Positions 18,780 to 28,359 of a stretch of DNA of 64,000 nt are shown one piece after another. This DNA comes from an uncultured Acidobacteriaceae bacterium (GTDB lineage: Bacteria; Acidobacteriota; Terriglobia; Terriglobales; Acidobacteriaceae). The DNA lies in assembly GCA_963785825.1 (NCBI GenBank), contig CAWAWQ010000002.1:242192-306191 (forward strand), read 5' to 3'. The position numbers and the translations under genes are program-made. Under the pieces are notes generated by a model, which did no database searches, was not told the DNA's origin, and saw only the letters and a program-made list of their open reading frames with translations. Numbering within the stretch: the stretch's first letter is position 1; every line of letters begins with the position of its first letter.

Positions 18780-20504
18780 CTACCCCATCGCACCGATGAG
18801 TACGGGTTCTGCGACAAGGCCAGGCTCATACTCAACTGCTATCCCTGCGCGTGGCGGGCGCGGCTCCAGCATTTCCGCCCTCAAATCCATAGGCCCAGGC
18901 AAGAACAGCCGCGAATCCATCAGCACCGGGCGCCGGATGATGGGGACAAAGCCCATATGAGCGAGGATGTCGCGCTTGATGTCGATCCCCGGCGCTACTT
19001 CGATCAGCTCCAGTCCATCTTTCACCAATTGAAAGACGCACCGCTCCGTGACGTACAGAACCTGCTGGCCGCGAAGAATTCCCTGGCGCCCGCTGAAGGT
19101 ACGGTGCTCGACCTCTTCGACGAACTTCGGCGACGCACCTTCGCGATCGATGAAGACGGTGCCGCCCTGGATGCTGACCTCCAGCCCACCGGCAGTGAAG
19201 GTGCCGCAGAAAATGACTTTTTTCGTATTCTGGCTGATGTTGATGAATCCGCCCGCGCCGGCCAGTTTCGACCCAAACTTGCTGACGTTCAGGTTGCCCT
19301 CGCAGTCAGCTTGCGCCATCCCGAGAATGGCCAAGTCAAGCCCGCCGCCATCGTAGAAGTCGAACTGGTAAGGCTGATCGATGACGGCTTGGGGGTTGAT
19401 ACCTGCGCCGAAATCCAAACCGCCCGCCGGCACTCCGCCGATGACACCTGGTTCGGTCGTCAGCGTGATCAGGTCGATGACGTGTTCTTCATTGGCGACC
19501 GCGGCAACGCCCTCGGGCATGCCGATCCCGAGGTTGATCACACTGTAGGGCTTCAGTTCCAGGGCGGCGCGACGGGCGATGATCTTGCGCTCCGACAGCT
19601 CCATCGGCGGGATGTCATCGACCGGGCAGCGGATTTCGCTGCTGAGGCCCGGGTTGTACTGGGTTGCGAATGTCTGGCAGTGCTGCTCCGGTTTTTCGGC
19701 GATCACCACATAGTTCACCAGGATGCCCGGTATTTTGACTTGGCGCGGATTCAACGCGCCGCTTTCGCAGATGCTCTCGACCTGCACAATGACGATGCCC
19801 CCCGAGTTGTGGGCCGCAGTCGCGAGGGCCAACGTTTCCAGCGTGAGCGCCTCCCGCTCCATGGTGACGTTGCCATCGGGGTCTGCGGTTGTGCCGCGCA
19901 GGATGGCAACATCGATCGGGAATGTTTTGTACAGAAGACACTGCTCGCCTCCGACGCTCATCAGTTCGACCAAGTCCTCGCTGGTGCGGGAATTGACTTT
20001 GCCGCCGCCGTAGCGAGGATCGACGAAGGTTCCCAGTCCTACTTTCGACAGGTGCGCTGGGCGATGTGCCGCGATGTCACGAAACATATGCGAGATCACG
20101 CCCTGAGGGAAGTTATAGGCTTCGATCTCGTTAGCCATTACCAGCTTTTGCAGCTTCGGGGCCAGGCCCTGATGGCCGCCAATCAAGCGTTTCAACAAAC
20201 CCTCGTGGCCGAAGTGGTTCAATCCCCGGTTCCGGCCGTCACCCTGCCCCGCCGCATAAACCAGAGTAAGATTGCGCGGCTTCTCGGCTGGATCAATCTC
20301 CGGAGACAGATACAACTCCTCCAGCGCGCAGGCGATGCCTTCAGCAAAGCCGATGCCGACGAAACCTCCGGTGGCGATCGTGTCGCCATCGCGAATCAGG
20401 CGCGCCGCCTCGGCGGCAGTAATTATTTTGCAGCGGCCATTTGCGCGCGTGACATCCGCGCGGCGGGGAACATCTGGTCTGGGCGCCAGCGGTCCTCGGG
20501 ACAT
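18780..20504 (-). CDS. Acyl-CoA:acetate/propionate CoA-transferase family protein
   Basis: 574 aa with '[33 protein letters not shown]', typical of Pct/YdiF-type CoA-transferases. It is first in the operon with ptb and buk. Confidence 0.85.
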   Translation of the reverse strand: MSRGPLAPRPDVPRRADVTRANGRCKIITAAEAARLIRDGDTIATGGFVGIGFAEGIACALEELYLSPEIDPAEKPRNLTLVYAAGQGDGRNRGLNHFGHEGLLKRLIGGHQGLAPKLQKLVMANEIEAYNFPQGVISHMFRDIAAHRPAHLSKVGLGTFVDPRYGGGKVNSRTSEDLVELMSVGGEQCLLYKTFPIDVAILRGTTADPDGNVTMEREALTLETLALATAAHNSGGIVIVQVESICESGALNPRQVKIPGILVNYVVIAEKPEQHCQTFATQYNPGLSSEIRCPVDDIPPMELSERKIIARRAALELKPYSVINLGIGMPEGVAAVANEEHVIDLITLTTEPGVIGGVPAGGLDFGAGINPQAVIDQPYQFDFYDGGGLDLAILGMAQADCEGNLNVSKFGSKLAGAGGFINISQNTKKVIFCGTFTAGGLEVSIQGGTVFIDREGASPKFVEEVEHRTFSGRQGILRGQQVLYVTERCVFQLVKDGLELIEVAPGIDIKRDILAHMGFVPIIRRPVLMDSRLFLPGPMDLRAEMLEPRPPRAGIAVEYEPGLVAEPVLIGAMG

Positions 20505-20813
20505 GTCTTGCTCCTTGTGTGTTGCTTTAGCTCTAAAGCTGTGTACGAGCCTGCAGCTCTGGCGGCCCGCAACGCAGGCAGTCTTTTGGCGTGACTCCCC
20601 GAAAGGCTACCCCTCTCACTATTACGTTCTATTTTCTTGCGTTGTCTGCGTCAGATCAGTGAGCCAGCACACCCGTGCAAGTGACGTGAACCAGAATAGG
20701 AAAGGAGACGAGCAGGGCAGCGCAACACTAATGCCATCAGAAATTTGCGACTGCCTTCCCATCTCGGTCTGGCGACTTTCTGGGGCGATGGGTCAGGCTC
20801 CGCAGAAATTCGT

Positions 20814-22197
20814 GTTGTTGCAACCAGAAAATGTCGTATTAACTGCGACGAGACTTTGTCACCCCCTGTCATTTAAGTAACGGCCGCAACCGCGGGGCGG
20901 CCGGAGAGGTTATAGATGCGCGGCAGCGTCTTTCTTTTCTGCGCGGTGGTACGGCGAGCGGGGCGGCGATTGGTGTGTTCCTGGAGCGGCAGAGCTTGGG
21001 TGAGAAGCAACTGATCGCCGCGATAGACGAGGAGCGAGCCGTCGAGTTGATGGGAGAGTTCGACGAAGTCTCCGGCGTAGCCCCGCTGTCCGGGACGTCG
21101 GGGCAGCGCGATGGCATAGGCTCCGAGGGTGACGACGTGATCGGGGCTGACGATGCGCTGGTAGCGAAAACTGAGGCAGCGGGCGAGATCGAAGCGCCGG
21201 GGCAGGGTGCGGAAATCGCGCGCGGAGTCGGCGGCGGGGCGAGCGAAGCGTTGGTTGTAGTCGCGGCAAAAAGTGTCGAGCACGGCATTGGCTTGCTCCA
21301 CGGTGGTGGCATGAGCCAGGCGGAGTTCGCTGACCAGGCGGTCCTGGCAGGTGCGCCAGAGGCGCTCGACGCGTCCCTTGGCCTGCGGAGAATAGGCAGG
21401 GATCTGCTGGATGCCGAGTTCCTCCAGGGCGCGTCCGAGCTGGGTGGGGGACTGCTGCCCGGCGAGTTGTTCGGCCAGGGTCCAGTGGGAATCGTTGCGC
21501 TGGAAGATGCTGTGGCGATCACGGTAAAGGCTGAGGGGGACGCCATGAGTGGTGATCATGGCGTGTAGAGCGCGAAGATAGCCGACGGTGTTTTCGGCTT
21601 CGAGTTGGAAATGAGCGGAGAGGATTTGCTTGGTGGCGTCGTCCTGAAAGCCGATGAGGGTGAGTTGCGGACCGCGGCCTTGGAGCCAGTCATGGGTACT
21701 GGCGTCGGTGAGCGCCATCATGCCGCAACGGGGGCGGGGCGGGCGGCGCGAGCGATACTTGCGGGGCCGGCGTTTCTGCGGCGAGGCCAGCTTGGCGGCG
21801 CGCAGGATGCGGCGCACGGTCTCGCGGCTGACCGGCAGGTTCTCCTCGGCGTTGAGTTTCTGACAGAGATGGGAATCGTTGAAGCCCTGATACTTGGTGC
21901 GGGCCAGGGTCAAGATCAAAAGCTTCTGGGGAAGAGGAAAAGCCCAAGGCACGGGACGTCCACGATTGCCGTGCTGGATCCAGGCAATGGAATCGGGCTG
22001 ATAGCGTCGCTTGAGGCGCTGCACCTGGCGCTCACTCAGTTGCAGCAGGCGGGCGGCTTCGCGTACGCTCAGCCGCCCGCCCGCTGCATTCTCAATCACT
22101 TTCACTCGCTGGAGCTCTTTCTGACTCATCGTCACCATCCTGAGAGGGTGACAAAGTCTCGTTGCAGTTAGGGGGTGACATTATCTTGGAGCATCTA
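20814..22197 (-). mobile_element. Insertion sequence, ISNCY/IS1202-like, about 1.38 kb
   Basis: Flanked by an exact 20-bp direct repeat, CAGGCTCCGCAGAAATTCGT, at 20794-20813 and 22198-22217. Subterminal inverted repeats are TAACTGCGACGAGACTTTGTCACC (20840-) and GGTGACAAAGTCTCGTTGCAGTTA (-22170). Carries a single transposase ORF. Confidence 0.75.
20873..22138 (-). CDS. DDE (rve/integrase-core) transposase, ISNCY-family-like
   Basis: N-terminal HTH 'MSQKELQRVKVIENAAGGRLSVREAARLLQLSERQVQRLKRRY'. DDE contexts are 'LTDASTHDW', 'LYRDRHSIF' and 'YSPQAKGRVERLW'. Confidence 0.85.
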   Translation of the reverse strand: MVTMSQKELQRVKVIENAAGGRLSVREAARLLQLSERQVQRLKRRYQPDSIAWIQHGNRGRPVPWAFPLPQKLLILTLARTKYQGFNDSHLCQKLNAEENLPVSRETVRRILRAAKLASPQKRRPRKYRSRRPPRPRCGMMALTDASTHDWLQGRGPQLTLIGFQDDATKQILSAHFQLEAENTVGYLRALHAMITTHGVPLSLYRDRHSIFQRNDSHWTLAEQLAGQQSPTQLGRALEELGIQQIPAYSPQAKGRVERLWRTCQDRLVSELRLAHATTVEQANAVLDTFCRDYNQRFARPAADSARDFRTLPRRFDLARCLSFRYQRIVSPDHVVTLGAYAIALPRRPGQRGYAGDFVELSHQLDGSLLVYRGDQLLLTQALPLQEHTNRRPARRTTAQKRKTLPRIYNLSGRPAVAAVT

Positions 22198-22216
22198 CAG
22201 GCTCCGCAGAAATTCG

Positions 22217-22245
22217 TTGACGCGCTCAGCAAAATGCTCTAGAGT
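22217..22245 (+). promoter_or_regulatory. Candidate sigma70-type promoter of the lysC-hom-thrC-thrB operon
   Basis: TTGACG (22217-22222), a 17-nt spacer, then TAGAGT (22240-22245). The first T of the -35 box is the last base of the IS direct repeat. Confidence 0.4.
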
Positions 22246-22255
22246 CGTTCAACAC

Positions 22256-22357
22256 ATGACCTCAATTCGCCTCGGAACCGGCGCGTTCACCTCGACATGC
22301 TCCGGCACAAGTGTGTGCACAAGCACATGCCTGAACAAATCGGGCGGGGGGTCATGA
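22256..22357 (+). promoter_or_regulatory. Candidate leader peptide ORF (33 codons, Thr/Ser/Cys/Gly-rich)
   Basis: MTSIRLGTGAFTSTCSGTSVCTSTCLNKSGGGS has 7 Thr in 33 codons. The ATG lies about 11 nt after the putative -10 box, so it is nearly leaderless, and no SD is present. Confidence 0.3.
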
Positions 22358-22397
22358 GCAATACTTCTTAAGGCAAGCTAAGCCAAAGAGATCGAGA

Positions 22398-22426
22398 CCC
22401 ACCGCCCGAACGGCTGGTGGGTTTTT
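22398..22426 (+). terminator. Intrinsic terminator / attenuator hairpin upstream of lysC
   Basis: CCCACCGCC-CGAAC-GGC(T)GGTGGG followed by TTTTTGTTTG. It ends about 32 nt before the lysC ATG. Confidence 0.6.
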
Positions 22427-22457
22427 GTTTGCGCGGCGATTTCAAGTGGAGCCGAAG

Positions 22458-23903
22458 ATGATCGTAATGAAATTTGGTGGAACGTCGGTTGAAGACGAAG
22501 CGGCCATCAGGCGAGTCGCCGATATTGTGACCGATCGGCTGCCCAAGCGGCCAGTCATAGTCGTAAGCGCGATGGCCGGTGTGACCGACTCGCTGCTGGC
22601 GATGTCGCGAGTGGCGGCGGCCGGCTCACTTACCGAAGCGCTTAAGATGCTGCGCAAGCTGCGCCATCGCCATTTGAACGCATTATCGGCTTTAGTTTCA
22701 CCGGAAGACGAAGCTAGCGAACGTGAAGAGATCGTCGCCGTCCTCGACGCCCTGCACGATATGTTGCGCGGCGTGTCGGCACTGGGCGAGCTGAGTCCGC
22801 GTTCCACCGACAACATTCTTTGCGCGGGCGAGTTGCTCTCCAGCCGCATCGTCTGCGCTGCGCTGCGAGCGCGCGGAATCGACGCGGAGCTGGTGGACTC
22901 GCGCGAGTGCATCATTACCGATGCGAATCATACCAATGCAGCTCCGCTGTTCGACGAAACCGGCGAGCGCCTGCGTTGCCGGATGAAGCCTCTGCTGCTG
23001 GCTGGCCGGGTCCCGGTGATGGGCGGTTTCATCGCCGCGACGATGGAAGGCGTGGCAACGACGTTGGGCCGGGGTGGATCGGATTTCTCCGCCGCGATTG
23101 TCGGTGCCGCCCTGAAGGCGAGCCGAATCGAGATCTGGACCGATGTCGAGGGCATGATGACCACCGATCCCAGGCTGTGTCCGCAGGCGGAACGCATCGA
23201 TGTGATCGGCTTCGACGAGGCATCGGAGCTGGCCTACTTCGGCGCCAAGGTGCTGCATCCCGCCACGCTGATCCCTGCGGTTGAAAAAAACATTCCGGTT
23301 TACGTGCTGAACTCGCGTCAGCCGAAGCGCAAGGGCACTTGTATTCGGGCTCGCGCGCCCCGCAGTCGCACCACGTTTCGTGCGATTGCCGCCAAGAAAA
23401 GCATGGCGGTTGTCAGCGTGCGCTCGCCGCGGATGATCAAAGCGCACGGTTTCTTGCGCGCTGTGTTCGAGGCCTTCGAGCGCCACGGATGCTCCGCCGA
23501 CTTGGTGTCCACGTCGGAGGTGAGCGTCTCCGTAGCGCTTGATTCGGGGCGCGCCGGCACGCCGTTGCTTCAGGACCTGAAGAAGTTGGGAGAAGTCGAG
23601 ATGGAACAGGACAAGGCGATTATCTGCCTGGTGGGGAAAGACATTCGCGGTCGCGCCGGCATTGCCGCCAAGGTCTTCGAAACCGTCGCCACGGGCAAGA
23701 TCAACGTGCACATGATTTCCCAGGGCGCTTCGGAAATCAACATCGGCTTTGTCGTGGAGGAGCGCGACGTACCCGAGGCGGTGAGGCGGCTCCACAACTG
23801 CTTCTTCGAAGCTGAAAAGCGGATGGCGGCTGAACTTGTTCGCCCTATCCGCACCCTCAAACCATTCCCCGATGAGTTCGTCGCGCACGCGGAGGTGAGC
23901 TAG
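22458..23903 (+). CDS. lysC: Aspartate kinase
   Basis: Contains 'MIVMKFGGTSV' and 'LGRGGSDFSAA' with C-terminal ACT domains. GGAG lies upstream of the ATG at 22458. Confidence 0.93.
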   Translation: MIVMKFGGTSVEDEAAIRRVADIVTDRLPKRPVIVVSAMAGVTDSLLAMSRVAAAGSLTEALKMLRKLRHRHLNALSALVSPEDEASEREEIVAVLDALHDMLRGVSALGELSPRSTDNILCAGELLSSRIVCAALRARGIDAELVDSRECIITDANHTNAAPLFDETGERLRCRMKPLLLAGRVPVMGGFIAATMEGVATTLGRGGSDFSAAIVGAALKASRIEIWTDVEGMMTTDPRLCPQAERIDVIGFDEASELAYFGAKVLHPATLIPAVEKNIPVYVLNSRQPKRKGTCIRARAPRSRTTFRAIAAKKSMAVVSVRSPRMIKAHGFLRAVFEAFERHGCSADLVSTSEVSVSVALDSGRAGTPLLQDLKKLGEVEMEQDKAIICLVGKDIRGRAGIAAKVFETVATGKINVHMISQGASEINIGFVVEERDVPEAVRRLHNCFFEAEKRMAAELVRPIRTLKPFPDEFVAHAEVS

Positions 23904-23905
23904 CC

Positions 23906-25273
23906 ATGGCCACGGTCATTTCAGGCATCGAGCAGGCAAGAGATTTTGCTCCCGGCAACTACAAAATCGCGCTACTGGGATTCGGCACGGTGGGCCGCTC
24001 CGTGGCGCGCCTGCTGTATGCCCGAGGCGATACGCATTCGCTGCAACTGACCCACATCTGCAACCGGCGAGTCTCGCGCAAGAAGGTGGACTGGATTGCT
24101 CCCGATGTCGCCTGGACGGAACACATCGAGGAGGTGCTGGCCTCCGATGCGGATGTCATTGTCGAGCTGCTGGGCGGATTGGAGCCGGCCCATCAATGGA
24201 TGCGCCGCGCGCTCCAATCGGGCAAAGCAGTTGTCACTGCCAATAAGCAAGTGATTGCGCGCTTTGGGCCGGAATTGGAAAAACTGGCGCGCGACAACGG
24301 CCAGTACCTTGGTTACGGAGCATGTGTCGCGGGCGGCGTTCCTGTGCTCTGCGGATTGCAGGCCGGGCTGGCTGGTGACAGACTGACGCAGGTCCAGGGT
24401 ATTCTCAATGGCACCTGCAATTACATTCTGACGCGGATGGAACACGCCGGCATCTCGTTTTCAGACGCGCTTGCCGAGGCGCAGCAGGCGGGCTTTGCCG
24501 AAGCCGAGCCCTCCGATGATGTCGACGGCCTGGATGCCGGCGCTAAGCTGGCCATCCTCGCGCGCGTCGGCCTGAATGTCGCCGTGCTGCCCGAACAGGT
24601 ACGCTGCCGCTCAATCCGAGAGCTGCGAAGCATCGATTTTGAATATGCCCATGAGCTGGGCTGCGCCATCCGGCAGATTTCGACTGCGAAGGTGAAGGAC
24701 GGCAAAGCCCACGTCGCAGTCGAGCCATCGCTGGTTCCAAAAGATTCGCCCCTGTCCGGTGTTTCGGGAAGTCAGAACCTGGTTGTGAGCACCGGAGAAT
24801 TCGGCGGCGACACCAGCTTTGGCGGCCACGGTGCTGGTGGAGATCCAACGGCTGTTGCTGTTGTCTCCGATCTGCTGCACGCCGCCGGCTACCGCTTTGC
24901 AGAATCCGGCCCCTCCTTTTGTCCGGCGGTGAGTTGTGAGCTCACCGCCGAGATGGAGGCGCCGCAGTACATGCGATTCGTCGTCCGAGACCGGCCAGGA
25001 ATCGTCGCCTCATTGGCCGGAGTGCTCGCGCGCCACCACCTGAATATCGACGCTTTGCTGCAAAGGCCGGGCTATCCGAAATCGCAGCTGCCGTTCGTGA
25101 TTACGCTGGAGGCTGCCAGGCAGAATCAGGTCGAGGAGGCGCTGGCGGAGATCGAGGCGTTTGACTTCCTCGTCCAGAAACCTTTCACCATGCCAATACT
25201 GAAACAGGAGTCGGTCGATGCATCTGCGTTGTACGAACCGGGATTGTGCTGCCACGTTGGACCTGCACGATAG
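23906..25273 (+). CDS. hom: Homoserine dehydrogenase
   Basis: Contains 'KIALLGFGTVGRSVARLL' and 'ILNGTCNYILTRME' with a C-terminal ACT-like domain. Starts 2 nt after the lysC stop. Confidence 0.9.
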   Translation: MATVISGIEQARDFAPGNYKIALLGFGTVGRSVARLLYARGDTHSLQLTHICNRRVSRKKVDWIAPDVAWTEHIEEVLASDADVIVELLGGLEPAHQWMRRALQSGKAVVTANKQVIARFGPELEKLARDNGQYLGYGACVAGGVPVLCGLQAGLAGDRLTQVQGILNGTCNYILTRMEHAGISFSDALAEAQQAGFAEAEPSDDVDGLDAGAKLAILARVGLNVAVLPEQVRCRSIRELRSIDFEYAHELGCAIRQISTAKVKDGKAHVAVEPSLVPKDSPLSGVSGSQNLVVSTGEFGGDTSFGGHGAGGDPTAVAVVSDLLHAAGYRFAESGPSFCPAVSCELTAEMEAPQYMRFVVRDRPGIVASLAGVLARHHLNIDALLQRPGYPKSQLPFVITLEAARQNQVEEALAEIEAFDFLVQKPFTMPILKQESVDASALYEPGLCCHVGPAR

Positions 25274-26435
25274 CGCGTTGTCCTGTCCCAAATGCGCTGA
25301 ATTGCTGGAGGTGGTCATTGACCTGATCGCTTGCGCTCCAGAGGACCTGAAACGCCTTTGGCTGGAGCGGCGGACCTCTTATCACCCGCAGGATGCCAGT
25401 GGCGTGTGGCGCTTTCGCGAGTTCCTACCCAACGGCTATCGCGAGATCGTCACCCTGGGGGAAGGGAACACGCCGCTGGTGGAAGGCCGCCGGACCGCCG
25501 AATGGGCGGGAGTGCGCAACCTCCGCTTCAAGCACCTGGGGTGGAATCCCACGGCATGTTTCAAGGACCTGGGGATGACGGTTGGGGTCACCGAGGCGCT
25601 GCACGTTGGCGCGAAGGCGGTTGCGTGCGCTTCAACCGGCAACACGGCAGCTTCGCTTGCCGCCTATGCGGCGCGCGCTGGACTGAGCGCGAAGGTCTAC
25701 CTTCCCGCGGGACAAGTCAGCCGCAATAAACTCGCGCAGGCGCTCGATTTCGGAGCCGAAGTGGTGCAGGTGGATGGCAGCTTCGACCTCGCGCTGAATC
25801 GGCTGCTCGAAAGCAAAGACAGAAGCCTGTATTTCCTCAACTCCATTAACCCATTTCGCCTTGAGGGACAGAAGACCGTGATGTTCGAGGTGCTTGAGCA
25901 GTTGGGGTGGCAATCGCCCGACTACCTGATCGTTCCAGGCGGTAACCTGGGCAACAGCTCAGCGTTTGGCAAGGCGCTGATGGAATTGCAGGCGGCTGGC
26001 TTCATTGACAAGCTTCCGCGAATGGTCGTCGTGCAAGCCGCGGGCGCGAATCCGCTGGCTGAAATGTGGCGATCGGGTGCGGACGAGCTTACTCCAGTAG
26101 AGGAGCCGGAGACGGTGGCAACCGCGATTCGCATCGGTAATCCGCGTTCCTGGAAGAAGGCGTTGCGCGCGCTGCGGCATACCAACGGCTTCGTCATGGA
26201 TGTGACCGATGAAGAGATTGCCGAAGCCAAAGCCATGATCGGGCGCGACGGAATCGGCTGCGAGCCGGCATCCGCAACCACGCTGGCCGCCGTGCGCAAG
26301 CTTCGCGCGGGGGAAAAAATCGACCGCGATGCTGCCATCGTCGCGGTCCTCACCGGCCATGCTCTCAAGGACACCGATTTCATCATCAAGTCGCAGCAAG
26401 CCGAACCAATTCTGGCCGAGGAGGTGCACTCATGA
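25218..26435 (+). CDS. thrC: Threonine synthase (with N-terminal Cys4 zinc-ribbon)
   Basis: 'MHLRCTNRDCAATLDLHDSALSCPKCAELLEV' followed by the PLP-fold motifs 'NPTACFKDLGMT' and 'ACASTGNTAAS'. Overlaps the hom 3' end by 56 nt. Confidence 0.92.
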   Translation: MHLRCTNRDCAATLDLHDSALSCPKCAELLEVVIDLIACAPEDLKRLWLERRTSYHPQDASGVWRFREFLPNGYREIVTLGEGNTPLVEGRRTAEWAGVRNLRFKHLGWNPTACFKDLGMTVGVTEALHVGAKAVACASTGNTAASLAAYAARAGLSAKVYLPAGQVSRNKLAQALDFGAEVVQVDGSFDLALNRLLESKDRSLYFLNSINPFRLEGQKTVMFEVLEQLGWQSPDYLIVPGGNLGNSSAFGKALMELQAAGFIDKLPRMVVVQAAGANPLAEMWRSGADELTPVEEPETVATAIRIGNPRSWKKALRALRHTNGFVMDVTDEEIAEAKAMIGRDGIGCEPASATTLAAVRKLRAGEKIDRDAAIVAVLTGHALKDTDFIIKSQQAEPILAEEVHS

Positions 26436-27400
26436 TCGCCGGCGCCGAATGCAAACTCGCCAACAAGCTCGGAGAATCGTTCGAAATCGAGGTGCCGGCG
26501 TCGATCGCCAACCTGGGACCAGGCTTGGACACGCTGGCCGTGGCAGTCCAACTGTATCTTCGTCTGCAGGTGACGAGGCTTCATGGTCATGGACGCCTGG
26601 AATTCCGCTTCGAGGAGCAGCTTCGCGGCGAAAACTACATTGAGCGCGCCTATCGCCTCCTGGCGCAGCAGAATTCTGAAGCCTTGCCATCGCTGTCCGT
26701 TGCAGTGCGAAGCGAGATTCCCATGGCCTCCGGCTTGGGTAGCAGCGCCGCCGCCACCGTTGCCGGCCTGCGGCTCTACGACGCCGTAGCTGGCCCGCTG
26801 CCGATGCAAGCGATTCTCAACGCTGCCTGCGCTCTAGAGGGCCATCCCGACAACGCAGCGGCTTCGTTGCTGGGCGGACTCACCGCCAGTTGCCAGCTTC
26901 CGGATCGCTCTGTGTACGCGGCAAGCTTCCCCTGGCCCGAGTCGCTAGTCTTCGTCGTCCTGACTCCGGAAGTCCCGCTGTCCACCGAGAAGTCGCGCAG
27001 CGTACTTCCCCACTCCGTTCCGCGCGCTGACGCCATCTTCAATCTGCAACGGATGGCCTTGTTGTTGCAGTCGCTGCACAGCGGCGATTTTTCGCTGCTG
27101 AAGCAGGCGCTAAGCGATCGTTTGCATCAACCATTCCGGCAGAAGCTGGTGCCCGGTCTGGCGGAAGCCCTGGAGTTGGAGCATCGTGACTTGTTGGGCG
27201 TGTGCCTGAGCGGCTCGGGGCCCTCGATCGCTGCGCTGGCAGAAAGCAATCTGGAGGCAGTAGCGAAATTGTTAGCGTCGATCTATGAGCCGCTGGGAAT
27301 TCCTTATCAAGTCCGAACGTTGCAGGCGCATCAGGCGAGAAGCGCGGAAGCGCGAAGGCTTTCGAGCGACGGCATTGCGCTCTCAATGTGCGTCGCCTGA
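26432..27400 (+). CDS. thrB: Homoserine kinase
   Basis: GHMP kinase motifs 'ANLGPGLDTLAVAV', 'MASGLGSSAAA' and 'LSGSGPS'. ATGA overlap with the thrC stop. Confidence 0.9.
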   Translation: MIAGAECKLANKLGESFEIEVPASIANLGPGLDTLAVAVQLYLRLQVTRLHGHGRLEFRFEEQLRGENYIERAYRLLAQQNSEALPSLSVAVRSEIPMASGLGSSAAATVAGLRLYDAVAGPLPMQAILNAACALEGHPDNAAASLLGGLTASCQLPDRSVYAASFPWPESLVFVVLTPEVPLSTEKSRSVLPHSVPRADAIFNLQRMALLLQSLHSGDFSLLKQALSDRLHQPFRQKLVPGLAEALELEHRDLLGVCLSGSGPSIAALAESNLEAVAKLLASIYEPLGIPYQVRTLQAHQARSAEARRLSSDGIALSMCVA

Positions 27401-27532
27401 CGGCCACGCGCCTGACAGGCATCGCTTAGCAGATCTTATACTGACCACGCCTCCCCAGCCCGCGTCGTCCACCCTAATGAGCCAGGCCGGGTTCACCACT
27501 TGCGAGGGAGACCGGACGGCACCTTTACAATC

Positions 27533-27560
27533 TTGCAATCTGCTGGATTTTCGCTATCAT
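27533..27560 (+). promoter_or_regulatory. Candidate sigma70-type promoter for the PP2C phosphatase gene
   Basis: TTGCAA (27533-27538), a 16-nt spacer, then TATCAT (27555-27560). The ATG at 27574 would leave a very short leader. Confidence 0.3.
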
Positions 27561-27573
27561 TGCCACCACCCAT

Positions 27574-28344
27574 ATGAAGCTATCTTTCCATACTGAGCGC
27601 CCCAGCCCGCCGCTAGTTCCGCAACGAGCCGAATTTCCGCCTTTATCGGGAGCCGACATCGCCGGCATGGTTCACGGGGAGCGAGTAGGTGGCGATCTCT
27701 ATCATTTCCTGCGCGCGAACCGCTGCCGCGTGGTATTCGGCCTTCTGGACATTGCCGGACGCCGCGAAGAGAACCATGCCATCGTAGAAGCTGCGAGCCG
27801 CACTTTCCAGCAACTCGGCGCCGATCGGTTCGCGCGCGAAGACATCAACGAAGCCGACGTCATGATGGAATTCTGCCTGGAGTTGAACCTCAGCATCCGC
27901 CGCGCGGCTTCCGGAGTTCGTTCCTGCGCCGCCTTCCTCGGCTGCTACAACGAGGAGCTCGGCACCATCTGCTATGCCAACGCCGGACACACCCCGGGCC
28001 TTTTGCGCGACCCGTCTGGTATTACCGAGCTCCCGGCTACGGGACTGCCTCTCGGCTTGTTCTCCGCGTCCACCTACGAAGCGCCGACTGCTGCTCTGCA
28101 ACATGGCGCGTCCCTGCTGCTGGTCTCCCGCGGCGTGGTGGAGGCTGCGTTTAAGCGCGAAGAGTACGGGCTGGATCGCGTGAAGCAGCATTTTGAGCGC
28201 GCGCCGCAAGATGATGCCAGCGAGATCGCTAGCGCGATCCTCGATGGCGTGCGCGACTTTCTGCATTCTTCACCCGAGCATAACGATGTCACCGCGCTGG
28301 CGCTGGTTCGCTCCGCGAATGTTGCCGTTGCTGCGATCGGGTAG
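27574..28344 (+). CDS. PP2C/SpoIIE-family serine phosphatase domain protein (stand-alone)
   Basis: Contains 'VGGDLYHF', 'FGLLDIAGRREE', 'YANAGHTPGLL', 'LLLVSRGVVEA' and 'HNDVTALALV', typical of RsbU/SpoIIE phosphatase domains. Confidence 0.7.
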   Translation: MKLSFHTERPSPPLVPQRAEFPPLSGADIAGMVHGERVGGDLYHFLRANRCRVVFGLLDIAGRREENHAIVEAASRTFQQLGADRFAREDINEADVMMEFCLELNLSIRRAASGVRSCAAFLGCYNEELGTICYANAGHTPGLLRDPSGITELPATGLPLGLFSASTYEAPTAALQHGASLLLVSRGVVEAAFKREEYGLDRVKQHFERAPQDDASEIASAILDGVRDFLHSSPEHNDVTALALVRSANVAVAAIG

Positions 28345-28359
28345 CCCAACTCCGACCAG

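Noticed and set aside
18777-20594. 605-aa plus-strand ORF covering the whole CoA-transferase locus
   Set aside because: It is antisense to a gene with clear family motifs. Its Arg/Ala/Gly/Asp-rich composition with no motifs is typical of a high-GC shadow ORF.
22246-22457. Lysine (L-box) riboswitch or T-box upstream of lysC
   Set aside because: I could not recognise the conserved L-box or T-box core sequences by eye. The region is kept only as an unclassified attenuator candidate in the findings.
25218-25273. The 56-nt hom/thrC overlap as a sign of a frameshift or mis-assembly
   Set aside because: Both reading frames carry bona fide family sequence right up to the overlap (ThrC zinc-ribbon N-terminus and Hom ACT-domain end). 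An overlap alone is compatible with translational coupling.
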